DNA from: Camelus dromedarius
Lineage: Eukaryota
Length of the DNA stretch: 64,000 nt
Reading direction: 5' to 3'
Assembly (NCBI RefSeq): GCF_036321535.1
Contig: NC_087437.1
Location: 78,370,001-78,434,000 of the forward strand
The notes beneath the pieces are model-generated. The model was not told the DNA's origin, ran no database searches, and worked only from the letters and a program-made list of their open reading frames with translations. Both the position numbers and the translations under genes were made by a program. Every line of letters starts with the position of its first letter. The stretch's first letter is position 1. Positions 38,960 to 52,399 of this stretch are shown here, piece by piece.

Positions 38960-41580
38960 TCCTTATTATTTTTTTTTTTGACTATTTACATTTAATGTAA
39001 CTATTGATATACTGGATTGTTTTTCATTGTCCAATCTATCCTTTACTCCTTTGTTTATCCTTTTCTGCTCCTTTTAAAAATTTGCAATTGAAGAATTATT
39101 TTATCACTTCTATTATCTTTTTATTTGTGCTTCCTTCTGATAGTTTCTCTAGAGATTACAGAATACATTTTAATTTATGACAATCTGCTTCAAAAATTGT
39201 CCAAATCTAACAAAGAATGACAGAATGTTAAAAATATATCTATCTATCTCTGATTACTGTCATGTATTATGCTTCTACATGTTCAATAAACCCACAGTAT
39301 GCTATTATTATTTTTATTAATTTTATTTTAAATAGTCAATAAACTTTAAAACAGCTTAAATAAAATAATATCCAATAAATAACTTAAAATATGAATATAT
39401 TTAAAAGTATTCCATATGTTTTCTAACCTTTATTGTTTATGAAAAGTCAGCCATTATTCTTAGTGCTACAGACTCATATGTTATTAATTCACCTCAGTCC
39501 CATCATCAGCTTTTAGATTGTTTCTTTATGCTTGATTTTCAGCACGTTAACAATGGTATGCATAGATGTGATTTTCTTCCTATTCTTAAATGCAATTTTA
39601 TTCTGCATAGGGTTCACTAAAGTTCTTAGAAGTGTGGGTTGATGTCTTCCACCAATTTTAGAAAATTATCTCTTCAAGTTTTTCCTCTGTTTTATTCTCT
39701 TTCCTCTCTCCTTTTATGACTAAAATTACACATATGTTCTATCGTTTGATATTGTCCCACAGATCTTGAATACTCTATTTCGTTTTTTTCACACTTTTTT
39801 GTTTTATATTTTTCAGTTTGGATCATTTCTGTTGGGCCATCCTCAGTTCACACATTAGTTTGTCATCCATGTCTAGTCAGCTAATCCATAAAATAAATTC
39901 TTAATTTCTTATATTGCATTTTTAATTTATAGCATGCTATAATTTGAGTCTTTTTAATAGATTTGTTCTTGCCATTGAAAATTCCCATCTATTCTCAGAT
40001 ATTTTCCATTTTTCCTCCACTGTCATCACAGTTATTTTCTTTTTTTAAATTGAAGTATAGTTGCTGTACAATATTATATGTTACAATATTACATAAGTTC
40101 ACAATTTTTAAAGATTATACTCTATTTATAGTTATTATAATATATTGGCTATATTCCATGTGTTTCCCAATATATCCTTGTAGCTTATTTTATACTTAAT
40201 AGTTTGTATTTCTCACTCCCCACTTCCCTGTCCCCACAGGTAACCACTAGTTTGTTCTCTGTATCTGTGAATCTACTTTTTTGTTATATTCACTAATTTG
40301 TTGTATATTTTAGATTCCACATGTAAGTGACATTGTACGGTACTTATCTTTCTCTGTCCGACTTATTTCACTTAGCAAAGTGCCCTCCAAGTCCTTCATC
40401 ATAGTCATTTTCCAAGTCCCTTCTGGCTCTTTGTACATCTGGCCCATCTCCTAGTTTAGTTTTTTTGATGGTTTGCTTTCTTGAGTCACGTTTCTTTTCC
40501 ATGTGTCCTATAACATTTGATTGTATTTTAAATATTAAGTGTAAAAAGACAAATAGATTGAAATAAGTTATATTTTCTCCTAGAAAAGGGTACATCTTTC
40601 TCTCTTTCTCTCAGGCCTCTAGGGTGAGGAAGAGAATCTTATTCTGTAATTAGCCAGGTCTGGCTTTTGTTATTTATTTAACACGAATCACTCACTACTG
40701 TATTCAAGTCATTTTACCATTGGATTAAGATCTTAGGACTTGGGAGTTGAGTCTGGGAAGACATATAAAAATCTCTTTATGCTTTATACTTTATAGCCCA
40801 GCTACAAGCATTCAGGATCGTGGGAGTTCCTACTCTGCCTTCCAGTCTGGCTGCCAGTTTTGGGGGCTGGAGGCCGGTGAGGAGTTCTCTGTGCTCTCTG
40901 GATCCGCCACGATGGTCCGTCTCTCGGAAGATCTCTTCACCTCTGCTGCCCTTTCCTCAGACTTGGAGTGGAGATAGGCTAAAGCAAGGGCCTCGGATGC
41001 CTCAGAGAGCTTTTTCTATGGTCTCTTGCTCTGCACACAGATCTCTTCAAGTTTGATACACTGATGCCTCAAGGGGCTCTCTCTAAGTGATCTATCCACT
41101 AGTACTCAGTGAGAGCCTATAAAGCTTCAGATGGTTAAAATCAGATCCTTGCCCCACCCTTAGTCCTTAACATCCCAGCCTCCGTTCACAGCATCTCTCT
41201 GTCCTGCTCTGCTCTCACGCTGCTGCAAGAAAACTTAGTAATAGCTCACGGGAAAGAGTTGGAATGGTGGGTGTAGACTGTCTTTGCTGATGAAGTTTCT
41301 TGGAATTTTAAAACATCACATGGCCTTTAGAAATTCTCATTTTTTCTTACCCTCATTTATGATAATTTTCTCTTCCTCTCATTGCTTCACCACGGATGAA
41401 GGTGAGCAGGTCTTTTCTAGCGGGGGAATTATAACATTTTGAATTTTAGTTCATTCAGGTTTCTTTTTCCTCAACTTCCTGTTGGATTTTAATAAAATTA
41501 TATGTTTCTATTTTATCTGACTTTGTTAAGTTGGAATTAACACTCTTGGCAACGATTTCTATATCCTAAACTGAAAGTGA
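38960..41580 (-). mobile_element. Old L1 5' portion (5'UTR and ORF1), antisense, with nested younger L1
   Basis: TGAAAAGTCAGCC, TTTGATATTGTCCCACAGATCTTG and CCTCAGTTCAC are antisense ORF1 motifs; ends CCTAAACTGAAAGT, like an L1 5' terminus. Confidence 0.7.
40040..40395 (-). mobile_element. Younger 5'-truncated L1 3' end (cetartiodactyl type) with 17-bp TSD
   Basis: TTTTTAAATTGAAGTATAGTTG...GGTAACCACTAGTTTGTTCTCTGTATCTGTGA...CCCTCCAAGTCC; TSD TCATCACAGTTATTTTC (40023-40039) / TCATCATAGTCATTTTC (40396-40412). Confidence 0.9.
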
Positions 41581-41989
41581 AATTTAATCTAACTCTTTAA
41601 AATCTGTGTTTATCATTATTGTCTCTCTTTATTGTACTAATTTATTAGGTTGTGAAGTTAATCTCACAATGAGGTGACTGCATATTTCTGTGTCCTTTTT
41701 TTTTTTAATTTTAAAAAATGTCAAAAAAGTTGCTGCATGATATATGCCTAGAAATGGACACACGTGTACACCTAATATTTTAATAAGTATTGAACACATA
41801 AAGCACTCTCCATCATTTAGTTATAACAGACTCTATTGGCAAAAAAAAAAAAAAAGAAATGAAAGAACTAAGTGATTAAATTTAGAAGGCTATTTAAATG
41901 GTCTTACACTGAATTTCTACCTAAATTTCTCCTACTTTGGTATAAAATCCACGAATACTTACCTTAATTAATTATTGATTTATGATGAT

Positions 41990-42462
41990 TTCTTCTCACT
42001 TGGTCTTCAAACATCTATTATTATAACACAATTCTCAATTAGAAAATGCCATGTACTTTTTTCTTTTCCAGAGCATTTATTATCTTGTTCTAAGTGAAAA
42101 TTACTATTTGATCTGACACAGATGAACCCTTGTAGCTAGCAATCCTTCACCTAATATTTTCTAAGACAGACATGAGTCTTAACCCCTCCAGAGATTTTTC
42201 TATTTCTTTTGCTTTCTGCTAAGTGACCCAAACAATCAATTCTTTCCTTATTTCACAATATTTTTTATTTACTGAGGATCTCTCTTTTTGTCCTGGCATT
42301 TCTCCATATACTGTCATCTCACTAGCTAACAATCTGTCAAGAACAGCATTTTTCCAGTTTGTTGAAGTTACTACTTCATGAAACGAGTTCCGAAGAGTAA
42401 CTGATTTTATTTCACAGTAATACAACGTGGAGGGAGGGTTGTTTTTGGATTCTCTTGGTGGC
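41990..42462 (-). mobile_element. Possible ancient Tc1/mariner-superfamily (pogo/Tc2/Tigger-like) transposase fossil, N-terminal DNA-binding region
   Basis: One frame reads YYCEIK...STNWKN..DRLL...KYCEIRKELIVWVT*QKAKEIEKSL...SDQIVIF..KIINALEKKK, resembling the HTH/CENP-B-type HTH layout of POGK/Tigger-like proteins; no terminal inverted repeats identified. Confidence 0.4.
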
Positions 42463-45009
42463 CTAGAAGTAAAACTTATCTACTTAATTAATTTTTAAAA
42501 CTGATGGAATTGAACCATGACTCTAATTATAATTCATATTCAAAAACTGTTTCACCTTTATTACGTATAACTTCTTATGTTAAAAGAATAACGTGAAAAT
42601 TAGTGTCAAAGAAACATTTATTTTTGAATTCTACACCATTCTTACAAAAAGAGAGTACTAGGATGGAAGGACTCTCTGTTTCTGTCTCTCTCTCTCTTCT
42701 AAGCTAGAGACATCAATAAACTTCCTTCAGGATATTAACTATTACTCTTATTTCAAAGTCACAAATCTTGAAGCTTCTATCTCAATTTAAAACTAGATAT
42801 TTTGTGATAGCAATCTAATTGTACCCAACTTTGTTTCCAGAGTCTTGGGAGCCATGTTGTTTTGGGGAGATAAACTTAACCATCAAGCTTTTCAAAATCA
42901 TAACCATTGGCTCATAAACTATTTTACTGAACAAATAGCCCTGAAATCCTCACAAACATAAACAACTGTATCTGCACTTTACATTCTATTCTGAACATTT
43001 CAAATCTCCAAGCTTGTAAGCCTTTAGGTTTTTGTTCCAAAGGGATCATAAAATTGCATATTGTAGGGAGAGAGGAAAGGCGTAGGTAATTTCTGCAGCA
43101 GGACAGTTGATAGCATTATTTTCATGACATTACTTTAGAGAGAGGGAAGAGGGCTGGCCATTGCATATTGAATGATTTGAAAATGCAGAACTAAGAGATG
43201 AATAGAAAGCAAAGGCTGCCTGCAAATTCTCTGAAGTAGCTCACAGCAACAGAACATAATGATGTCTATGCCAACTTAGTTGTACCCCCAAGCAAGAAAG
43301 GTTTATTAATATTACTGTATGAGTTTCCTCAGGTATCTGCATATGCAATGTATTTTAACAATAAAAAAGCGCCTCAGCCCTGGTGTATTTGGTTCACACC
43401 TTCCATACGAGTACTAATGTGCTCTCTTCTTTAAGCATAGTTTGTTTCAAATAGAGATCTTGTATTTGGTAAATGCCCAGAAGTGGATGTCATTGTTCAA
43501 AGTGTTTAAAAATATGTGGCTGGATAATATTTTAAAATATAAACTTGCATGCTTTTATTCTCTCTATATTTTGACATTTTCCCCCTCAGGAAAGATATGT
43601 GACAGGGTCTTGAGAATACAAGAAGCAAGTCCAAAAGTATTGGTTAAAACCCTGAAATTGTTACTACTCTCCTATACATAAAACACATGCCATCCTCAAA
43701 ATCTAAGCTCTTAGTAAAAATTTTATGGCTGATTGAGAAGACAGAAGTGACATAGGATGTGTGGAAGAATTTAGCATGAACACTCAGAGAGCCCCAACCC
43801 CACCTTTGACCTATGCCTTTCTCTGCCTTGGTACTGCTTAGGATTCTAAATCTCTGGTAAGTCCCAAGAAAGGGAAAGAAAGATCAAGAATGACTATGAT
43901 TGCAGTCCTATGGATTGTGTGGTCAGATGTAAAATGGGTTACTGAAAAGAAATAATTGTTTCTCATATACCTGACTTTATTGAATAAGATTCAAAAATTC
44001 TGTGCATAATTGGGTGCATGATACACCAAATGAGTTGCTCAAAGAATTAATTTCTGATCACAGTGCTTTTGTTGTTTCAGTGAAATAAGTCCTTACTGTG
44101 CTTCAGGCAATTAAGTGGTCATTACCTTCAGATGCTGACTTGGGCTTCAGTATTGAGCCAGCTTCCCTTTCAATAATCCAATCTTCTCAAAGTAGAAAGA
44201 ACATTGAGAAATAAATGCTTTCAAACTGAGTCATGCTTCAAAGTGTCCTATTGTCTATGTGCAACTATAACTGCATAAGTTTCATATGAGTGACAGACCA
44301 AATCAATCTATTAATTGTTTGACCAGTCTTGGAAATAGCTATATATGGCACTTTAAATTTTGAATAGGCTTTCCCTATATATTCATGAGTTTGTGAAGGT
44401 AAAAAGATTGGGAGAAGGGGAGGAGGTCCACATTCAAAGAAGTGTCAGTCAAGGACAATGCTAAAGAGGTGAAGCATCTCTTAAATTTAATATACTCGTT
44501 TCCCTAATCAGTTTCCTGAAGCTCCTTTTATATCCCTGAGAAGGGAAAAATTGGATTTCATTGTCATGTGTACGCTGGTGGTTTTGATATTTAATCTTTT
44601 CCTTATACAACTATCAATCCCATAATTCTCTCATTATACTTTATGGGTAGCTTTTCAAATTTTGTAACTTAGAAGTATATTTATGTGTAAAATTTTTATA
44701 CGTAAAAACAACTTTCTTCATATATAAGGGACTTTATATATGTAAATAACTCTCTCTTTATATACGTATATATAGATATAGGAATTTCATCTACTTTGGT
44801 ACAAATTGACCACAAATATTATCTTTATGTATCAGGGTGTTTAAAAAGCACAATTTTATATTTCAGTAATGGTGAAATCTTAAATGAGTCACCTTAGACT
44901 TAGAAATCTGAATCTCAGACTTATCTCTGTATGATTAGCTAATACAGATATAGCACTTGAAAAGTAACTTTAAGACCTGTTAAATGTTCTCTAAATGTTT
45001 ACTATGATC

Positions 45010-45160
45010 ATTTTATTATTTTTTACCTTTGTATTTTGAAATAAGTTTAGGTTCACAAAAGACTTGCAAAAGTAGTTCACAGGATTTTCATGCACCATTT
45101 ACCAAACTCCCCCTAATGTTTACATCTTAAAAACTGGGATAGAAGTATTGAAACCAAGAG
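45010..45160 (-). mobile_element. L1MB/MC-like 3' end fragment
   Basis: TATTTTGAAATAAGTTTAGGTTCACAAAAGACTTGCAAAAGTAG...CCCCCTAATGTTTACATCTTA. Confidence 0.75.
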
Positions 45161-45169
45161 CGATACTAT

Positions 45170-45310
45170 CACCAGTGGAAAAGCAATGACATTTGGTGCT
45201 AAAGCAAAGCGCAAGTCATCTCATCCCTGCTCACTGACTATGTAACTGTACAAATATCTTTGCTCTATTGTAGGTCCAAGTCCCTCATCTTCAGATTAGA
45301 AACTGGAGTG
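45170..45310 (+). mobile_element. Degraded MIR
   Basis: CAGTGGAAAAGCA...CTCACTGACTATGTAAC...AGTCCCTCATCT. Confidence 0.45.
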
Positions 45311-46324
45311 CCACTGCTTTATTTTCCTGGGCCTAAAATAGATAATAGGGACAAAGCAATAAGCTCTTCAGAGAACCATCATCATGAATGACCCTGTTTT
45401 CTAAAAGTTAGGTAAAGGACGGTAGGAGAAGCCAGACATAATTGAATAGCTCCTATTTAGCTTTTTGTAACTACATATTAGGCTATTTTAGATAATTGTG
45501 AACTGGCTGTATTTACTAACGTATGAATTGAGTACCAGTTATGGGGCAGACTGGGGATACAAAAAAGAAAACACAGACTCTTCCATCTTAATGGGACTAT
45601 AGCTAGCGAACTATCAAAGGATTTCTCAAGATTGATTTGTGTGCAGAGTCAACTGTGATCTTCTAGAAGGATGATAGGTAGAGAAGGAAGTAAACCCATG
45701 TGCATTTTGCAGACATGGAAACAGTATGCAAAAAGGTAAGTGCTTTCCAATATTCACATTTTGAATGGGAAGTCTAGCTTCTTCAACAAGCATCCTACCT
45801 GGAAATTTGTTAACTTAGGCTTCTGATAAAGTTATTTTATGTACATCTAATAGCTTTGGGCTATATTTTACATCAGCAATGCTTTTAGAGAGACATTATT
45901 GAAAATAATAATCCAAGGCTTGCTTAATGTGGACTAAGGTAATAAATCAAGATGACAACAATTGAAGTGTATACTGAAATTTATTAAAATAGTACTATAT
46001 ACAAGATTATAGAGAAAATTTCATTAAAAGGAAATAGTAAAATTTGTTGCGAAAAATGGTGAGTGACCAACCACCATTGAATGATAGCCAACTAAGCCTG
46101 GATTGTTAAATGCATACTTAGATCTGAAAGCATTTTATGTCACATTTTAATCTCTCTGTCCTCTATGCATCTATATGTGTGTGTATGTATCTGTCTATCT
46201 ACTTATCATCTAATTGGGATGGTGGATGTAAGGGAGAAGCAAATTAAGAGAGAAATTCATGTATCATTTCCTTGCAAGTTTTCTTTTTCATTGTTTGAAT
46301 AATCCTCCTGAGGGTAATGCTTTT

Positions 46325-46722
46325 CATATTAGTCAGCTTGGGCTGCTGTAACAATACCATAGACTGAGTGGCTTAAACAACAGAAACTTACTTTTCCATA
46401 GTTCTGGAGGCCGAAAGTTCAAGTTCAGGATGTCAGCATGATTGGGTTCTGGTAAGATTTCTCTTCCTGGTTTGCAAAGGACTGCCTTCTCCTTGTGTCC
46501 TCATGTGGCAGAGAGAGAAAGAGAGAGACAGAGAGATTGAGAGAGACAGAGATTGTGTGAGCAGGTGAGCCGTCTGGTGTCTCCTCTTATAAGGGCTCTA
46601 ATCCCATAGTAAAGGCCCATTCTCATGACCTAATCTAAACTTAACTATCTCCAAACACCATGACACTGAGGTGTATGGCTTCAACAAATAAATTTTGGAG
46701 GGACACAATTCAACCCATGGGA
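46325..46722 (-). mobile_element. MaLR solo LTR (MLT1A0-like) with perfect 5-bp TSD and internal (GA)n tract
   Basis: ATTAGTCAGCTTGGGCTGCTGTAACA...TCTTATAAGGGCTCTAATCCCAT...GGGACACAATTCAACCCAT; TSD CTTTT at 46320-46324 and 46723-46727. Confidence 0.9.
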
Positions 46723-48539
46723 CTTTTCTACCTGGGCTGGATTATAAATTGTAAAACAGGTAAAGGTAAATGGTGAGACTTGAGGCTGCTATCTGTATGA
46801 GTATGATTAGGATGGGTGTATGGCAAGTTGTTATTACGAGCAGGCTATGATATTCAATACTATGTGTTATATAAGAAAAGCTTGCTTCTATAGCATGTCA
46901 AAGCAAAACAAGTTAAAGCCATGATAGGACTGAAGAAAGACCTGGCCCTTGGGTGCAATCAATTGCTGATACAACGAATCATTTAAAACATCTTAGGCAA
47001 GGGGAAATGTGATTTTAATTTGTAACTACTATCAGAATAAAAAAATAAAATTAATATTGGAATTTTAGAATTTAAGGCATAGAACACTAATGACATATTA
47101 ACACAGATTAAAAAATAGCACATTGATCATCCTGCTTTCAAAAAATAAATACAAAGCTAAATTACATCTGGAAGATAGTTATAAATGGGACTCCGACAAC
47201 TAAAATGAAACACAGCGATCACAGAAAGGAGACAATAAACCACAAACAACCTTGGTAACAATCAAATTTTTATAGTTATGTTATCAATTAGTGAAAGTCA
47301 ACTAGTTATATTTTCAGGGTGTTTTGATAGCTTTTAACCTTATCTCCCATTTTTGAAGGTTGGAAGGAATTGGTCAAATACAATGGCAATAGTTGCTAAT
47401 TTGAGTATAACAGCACACAGTTCGCTGAAGGAGAATACTCTATCCGCTGCAAGGAATCTTAGAAACTTTGTTATGTAAAAGAGTTGAAAAGGCAGCGTTA
47501 CAGAATTTTCATTTTTTTGCTTTTTTTTCCTATTTCAATTAATTATCTAGGAGCACAATCGACTTAGCAGGCTTCCTTTAGAAATTTCTTCTCAACTGCA
47601 CTTCACTACAAAGCAGACAGTTTAACTAGATGGTTTTATTAGGACGCAATTAACACATGGAGCCCAAAAAAGCATCTACCCCATCTTTTTATTTAGCTCA
47701 AGTGAAGAAGCATCACATAAGGCTTCCACAGCAAGGTTCTGATAGTCAGCAGAGTGATGACAGCCCATGTCCTTTGATGACAAGAAGTTGTAGTATAAAG
47801 AGACATATTTAAAATCCTTATGTCTGAATATGAATAAATTTGGTAATAGAAAAATCCCTAATCCATCCCTTTCAAAAACAGATCTAAAAAAACTTTGAGC
47901 CTTTTATCCAAAGTTTTAGGGGTAAAAATAAGGGCAAAGGACTTTGTGAGTTTTCACAAAATAATTCTCCAAATAGATTTGCATTACTAAGAATCACATT
48001 TTAGGTCCAAATGAGAATATGTTTGTGGGATACTTACTCTAATTTTGCTTTGTCTGAGGTTTGAATTTATCATTCTGAAAAATCCAGAATTTGGTATAAC
48101 CAGAGATTTAAAATTAATTTGATGAGGATAAACAGGGTGGCTGTCTATGCAATTTTGTTAATGCACATATAACGCTTAGATAGTACATTCTTTATCATCT
48201 TTTTAAAAAAGCTTTCTTTGGTAAAATAAGTTCTTTGTTTATTAAAGTCATATTATTGTATTCATTCTCCATGGAGTAGCAAAAGGGAATGGAAATAAAT
48301 TCAGTGGGTATCATTGATAAATTTTGGTGGAGACCACAAAAATGTGGTAGACTAAACAATGTTCACTATCCACTGATTTATGTGGAAAATTCTGACTCCC
48401 AGTTACATTATCTATTAGAAGCACTATAAAGACAGCCTCATTTGAATATTTTCCAAAACAGTTTATTCTTGAATATACAATCATTGGGTAAAATTTGTGA
48501 ATTATTTGGAGCCTCTTGTCTTGTTTTTAACATTATTCT

Positions 48540-48700
48540 AATTTTGAGAACAGTAACTATTGAATGCTTACAATTTCCATGCTTCGTGTTATGCTGTTTA
48601 TGTGGATCATTTCACTTGATCAAGCAAACCTACAGACTAGGGAATGCCATTATACCTCAGTCCAAAAATGATAAATGGGTTTAGAAAGAGTGTAACTGAT
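48540..48700 (-). mobile_element. MIR SINE
   Basis: TATTGAATGCTTAC...ATCATTTCACTTGATC...AAACCTAC...ATTATACCTCA. Confidence 0.6.
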
Positions 48701-49079
48701 GTGAGCCCGATGTTGTGTCTGATGCAGATTTCACACGCACACGCACACACACACAGAGTGTATGTTCCGAAACATCAACTGGGCAGAAGAGAGTAACTGG
48801 TCTTCAGTGATAATCATGTGGCAGGTTATTCATCTATTATCCTCCCCCATTTTCTCCTTCAGTACTTCTCAGCTCTTCCTTCTTCACCATACCTTCCAAA
48901 GATATAAATAATCCCTCCTAAGGTATAAAGGTTACTGTAAAGGTTACTGTCAGTGCTGTCCAGTATGTGTCAATATGATAATAAATTCACAGCTATAAGG
49001 ACCACGTGTTTCTTTCTTCCTGACAATGAAAAGCAAAAAGCCATAAATACTCGCCTAGTGAACATGAACCAGCGCTATG

Positions 49080-50280
49080 CAAACATCAGTTATTCAGTCA
49101 AAAATATTAATTTGGGCTATGGATAATGGTAGACTCTAGAAATAATGCAAAGAACAGGACAAACACGCTCCCTACACTCACAGAGCCCACTACTTTTATA
49201 AAACTGGAATGAACACCTGTAATTACATGTGTAGTGTAACAAAAAGGGAAGGAAGCGATGCTCTGGGAGAGAAGAAACACGAGGCATCTAAGATTCTTGG
49301 GGAAGACACAGAGTATTTCCCTGAAAAATATGGGACTGAAATTGAAAATTTAACAATAAGAAAGTCCTTTGAGAGGAAAATGTTGAAGGGAGAGTGCTCC
49401 AAGCAGGAAAAACAGCTTGTGCGGTCAATGGAGGAGGTGCTAAAAGAACACAGGGGAGCTGCAGCCTAGGCAGCCACAGGAGAACGCAGCTTCAGAGGAA
49501 GGGAGGAACCAAGCAATGCCTTTTCTTTATAACTATGGCAAATACTTTGAGAATGGGAGTCCACTGAAAGATTTGAAGTGGTGATGGCCACAGAAGAGTT
49601 AGGAGGTTATTGCCATAGTCCAAGAAGGAAAGGTGGTGGTTTGAACTATGGTAGCACAATATTGATGGAAGCAGTAGAAGGCAGAAGAGATATGAATAGA
49701 TTATTGAAGATGAAAAGAGGGAGCCAGTGAGGGCCACTCCTAGGATTCTGGCTGAAGTGGGAGGGTGGACATGGACTGTGGTGGCACTTTTTTAGTGTAG
49801 AGATGTTGGGGGAGGAGCAGTTTTGAGGGAGAGGCAATAGGTTCACTTTATGAAATGGGTTTGAGGTGTTTACATGACATAGAAGTAAAGATAGAAGTAG
49901 GAAGTTGGCTATAGTAGTCTGGAGATCAACCAATGTGTAATTTCTGTATGGATTTAGCGATTATCAGTATTTTGATGAAAATTGAAAAAATTACAAAATG
50001 GTCAGTTTCTCTGGGTTTACAGTGAAAAGAGCAGAATGCCTTGCTTAGTGCATAGAGGAGGTTTAGTGTTTAAGTGTTGTTTGGAGGAGTAGTTTTCTTT
50101 AAAGGAGGTCAAGAAGAAGTGAAAAAAGATAAACAAGAAAGCCAGGAGTATGTGGTTCTATGAAGCTAAAGTCAGAGAGTGTTTAAGCAATTTTCAGTGT
50201 CTAATGATGCACTGAAAGGCCAAATAATACAAGGACTGGTCACTACTCAATGGAGTTAGTAATGGGGAGTCATTCACTTC
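49080..50280 (-). mobile_element. L2 element, degraded
   Basis: GTTAGGAGGTTATTGCCATAGTCCAAG, TCCTAGGATTCTGGCTG, GGGGAGGAGCAGTTTTGAGG, GAAAGCCAGGAGTATGTGGT. Confidence 0.75.
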
Positions 50281-52070
50281 GTTCAATGATAATCTCTCAT
50301 CATTTCCTAAGTGCATGACATAGTTTTAGTTGAATTAATATGATTACTTTCAGCTTCAATTTCAATTACAATTTTATCTAAATTTGTTAGAATGAGATTC
50401 CGCAGCTCTCAGGCATATAGCCATGGCAACAAGCAATTGGTTAAACACTTGAAGCCTACCAGTTCATGCAGTTTCCTTATATTGTCTGTGAAACAAGATA
50501 GATGATACAGCTAAACAAAACCTATTACTTTATGTGTATCTGCTAATCTATAACATGTCCTTTGGTAAATCTCATGTGATTTCCACACTACATTTAGGCA
50601 CCTTCTGTTTGGTATTTCTTGAGTTTAAAAGAGTTATATTATGTACATGCTGACCTTCTAAGAAGATATCCCTACAGCCCAAATAATCTCCAGCATTCAA
50701 AAAATATTCTAATGATAATGTAGATGTGATAGGCAGTTGACCAGGCATTTTATTTATTGTGGCTAGTGTCTGCTTGTGTGGTGAAGGTACTTTCTGGAAC
50801 TTCTCAAATTTCCCCTTCCTAAGAGTAGCCCTAACTGACTTAGCATAGGAAACAGAAGACTGTTCTGACTGGATTCTTCCCAGAATGAGATGAAATCTGA
50901 AATCAGCACTGGGTTAGAATAACCCCAAGGAATGACTCTAGGGCAGATCTCCTGGAAGGTCTGACAGGACCATTGCCATCAGTTTCAGATGCAGACTTTG
51001 ATGGTTTGGATCAATGTTATAAAAAGTGTCTATTTTTGCTTATTTTTGAGGCACACGGGCATTATTTATAAGCTGATAAACAACCATTGTTTAGACATTG
51101 ACTTTTTAAAATTGGATGTTAAGAAGAAAACTGCTTTCTTCTCCATTAGCAGTGGCTCTCCATGCTGGCTGTGCTCAGGAGTCACTGGGGGCCGGTGTAA
51201 AATAGACAGCTATCCAGAGGCCGTCTCTGGCAAGTGTAGCCACTAGAGTAAGGCCCAGGACTCTGCATTTTTAAATGTTTCACATAAATTTCAAATGCAT
51301 GTTTCTGGCTGGGAGTCACAGGAATGCTATCAAAGCACTTGACTAATATCACTGATGGCCTGTTGGTGGCTGTATCAGTGGCAGAAGTGCTTAGCAATAA
51401 TGATCTTTTTACACATTGCAAGTCTGCAGAGAAATACTTCCAGTGCTGAAAATACAAGTAACTTTTGGCTGTAAAAATGGCTCAGTCCTATCCCTTGGAG
51501 GCAAGATAATAAATCTCTATGAATTTGTCCCTGAGGAAAAATTTTCATTTTCAGAACACTTTGCCATTTTTATAATGGGAGAAAGAGCTGTAAAATGCTT
51601 GTGGCAAAACAGCAGTTCAGAGCTCCACTTACTTCTTTTGAACCAAAGTGGATGGTGTCAGTGAAAACTGTCCTTTTCCTTCAGTAACCAAAGAAGATAT
51701 GATATTTTCATACTTTTCTCCATTAAGTTCAGTGAAGACATTTTTATCAGCTTCGGGAAAGAGAAGCATACACAGTCTTAATATACCTGTGTATCCATTA
51801 ATCATCTTAATAGGAGAATAACAAAAGTTTACATTTAGTGAGAAAGTTCATGGTCTTTTTGACTTTTCATAAGGCTGTTGGATACAAATCCTTTCTTGTG
51901 CACATGCCCAGGTAACCTCAATTAATTTCATTCTAAGAGATAACGTCTACACCATTAATAGGTGTGCTTGTAACTGAGAACAAGTCATTTAAACGTCAAC
52001 TCGGCTTATTCCTTTGGAAAACGAAGATATTTGGTGGTATTTTCAAATTGTGTGTGATGTTTAGCACATT

Positions 52071-52294
52071 CACGATTCAACAAACTAAAGCTCCCAGGCC
52101 AGATATGCTGGCCTCGTACTTTTTGGAAATGAAGTTTCATTGAAGCGGTGCCATGCTCATCCATTTGCGTGCTGTCTGCAGCTGCATCTGTGTTACAACA
52201 CTACAGTGCAGCACTTGTGACAGGGACTCAGTGGCCCACAAATCCTAAAATACTTCCTGTATGGCCATTCATAGAAAACAGCTTCTGACGCTTG
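52071..52294 (+). mobile_element. MER58A (hAT-Charlie), full length
   Basis: CAAACTAAAGC...AAATGAAGTTTCATTGAA...GCCATGCTCATCCATTT...TGGCCCACAAATCCTAAAATA...CATAGAAAAC, colinear with MER58A. Confidence 0.85.
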
Positions 52295-52399
52295 TCTTAG
52301 ACTGTTGTATCACTACATTGAGTAGAAATTTAACTTTAACCATAATGGATTGAATATTTCACATATCCAGAGATAGGTGAGTCCTTAAATGAATATTTT

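Noticed and set aside
44719..44742. Hairpin CATATATAA/TTATATATG
   Set aside because: A 9-bp stem made of TA low-complexity sequence; expected by chance.
45713..45735. 23-nt micro-exon (TTTTGCAG|...AAAG|GTAAGT)
   Set aside because: Very short pyrimidine tract, not frame-preserving, and it lies in an antisense L2 remnant (~45505-45740).
48926..48950. Tandem duplication (TAAAGGTTACTG)x2; similar short duplications near 21908 and 62737
   Set aside because: Ordinary slippage duplications; no spacer or array structure, so not CRISPR-like.
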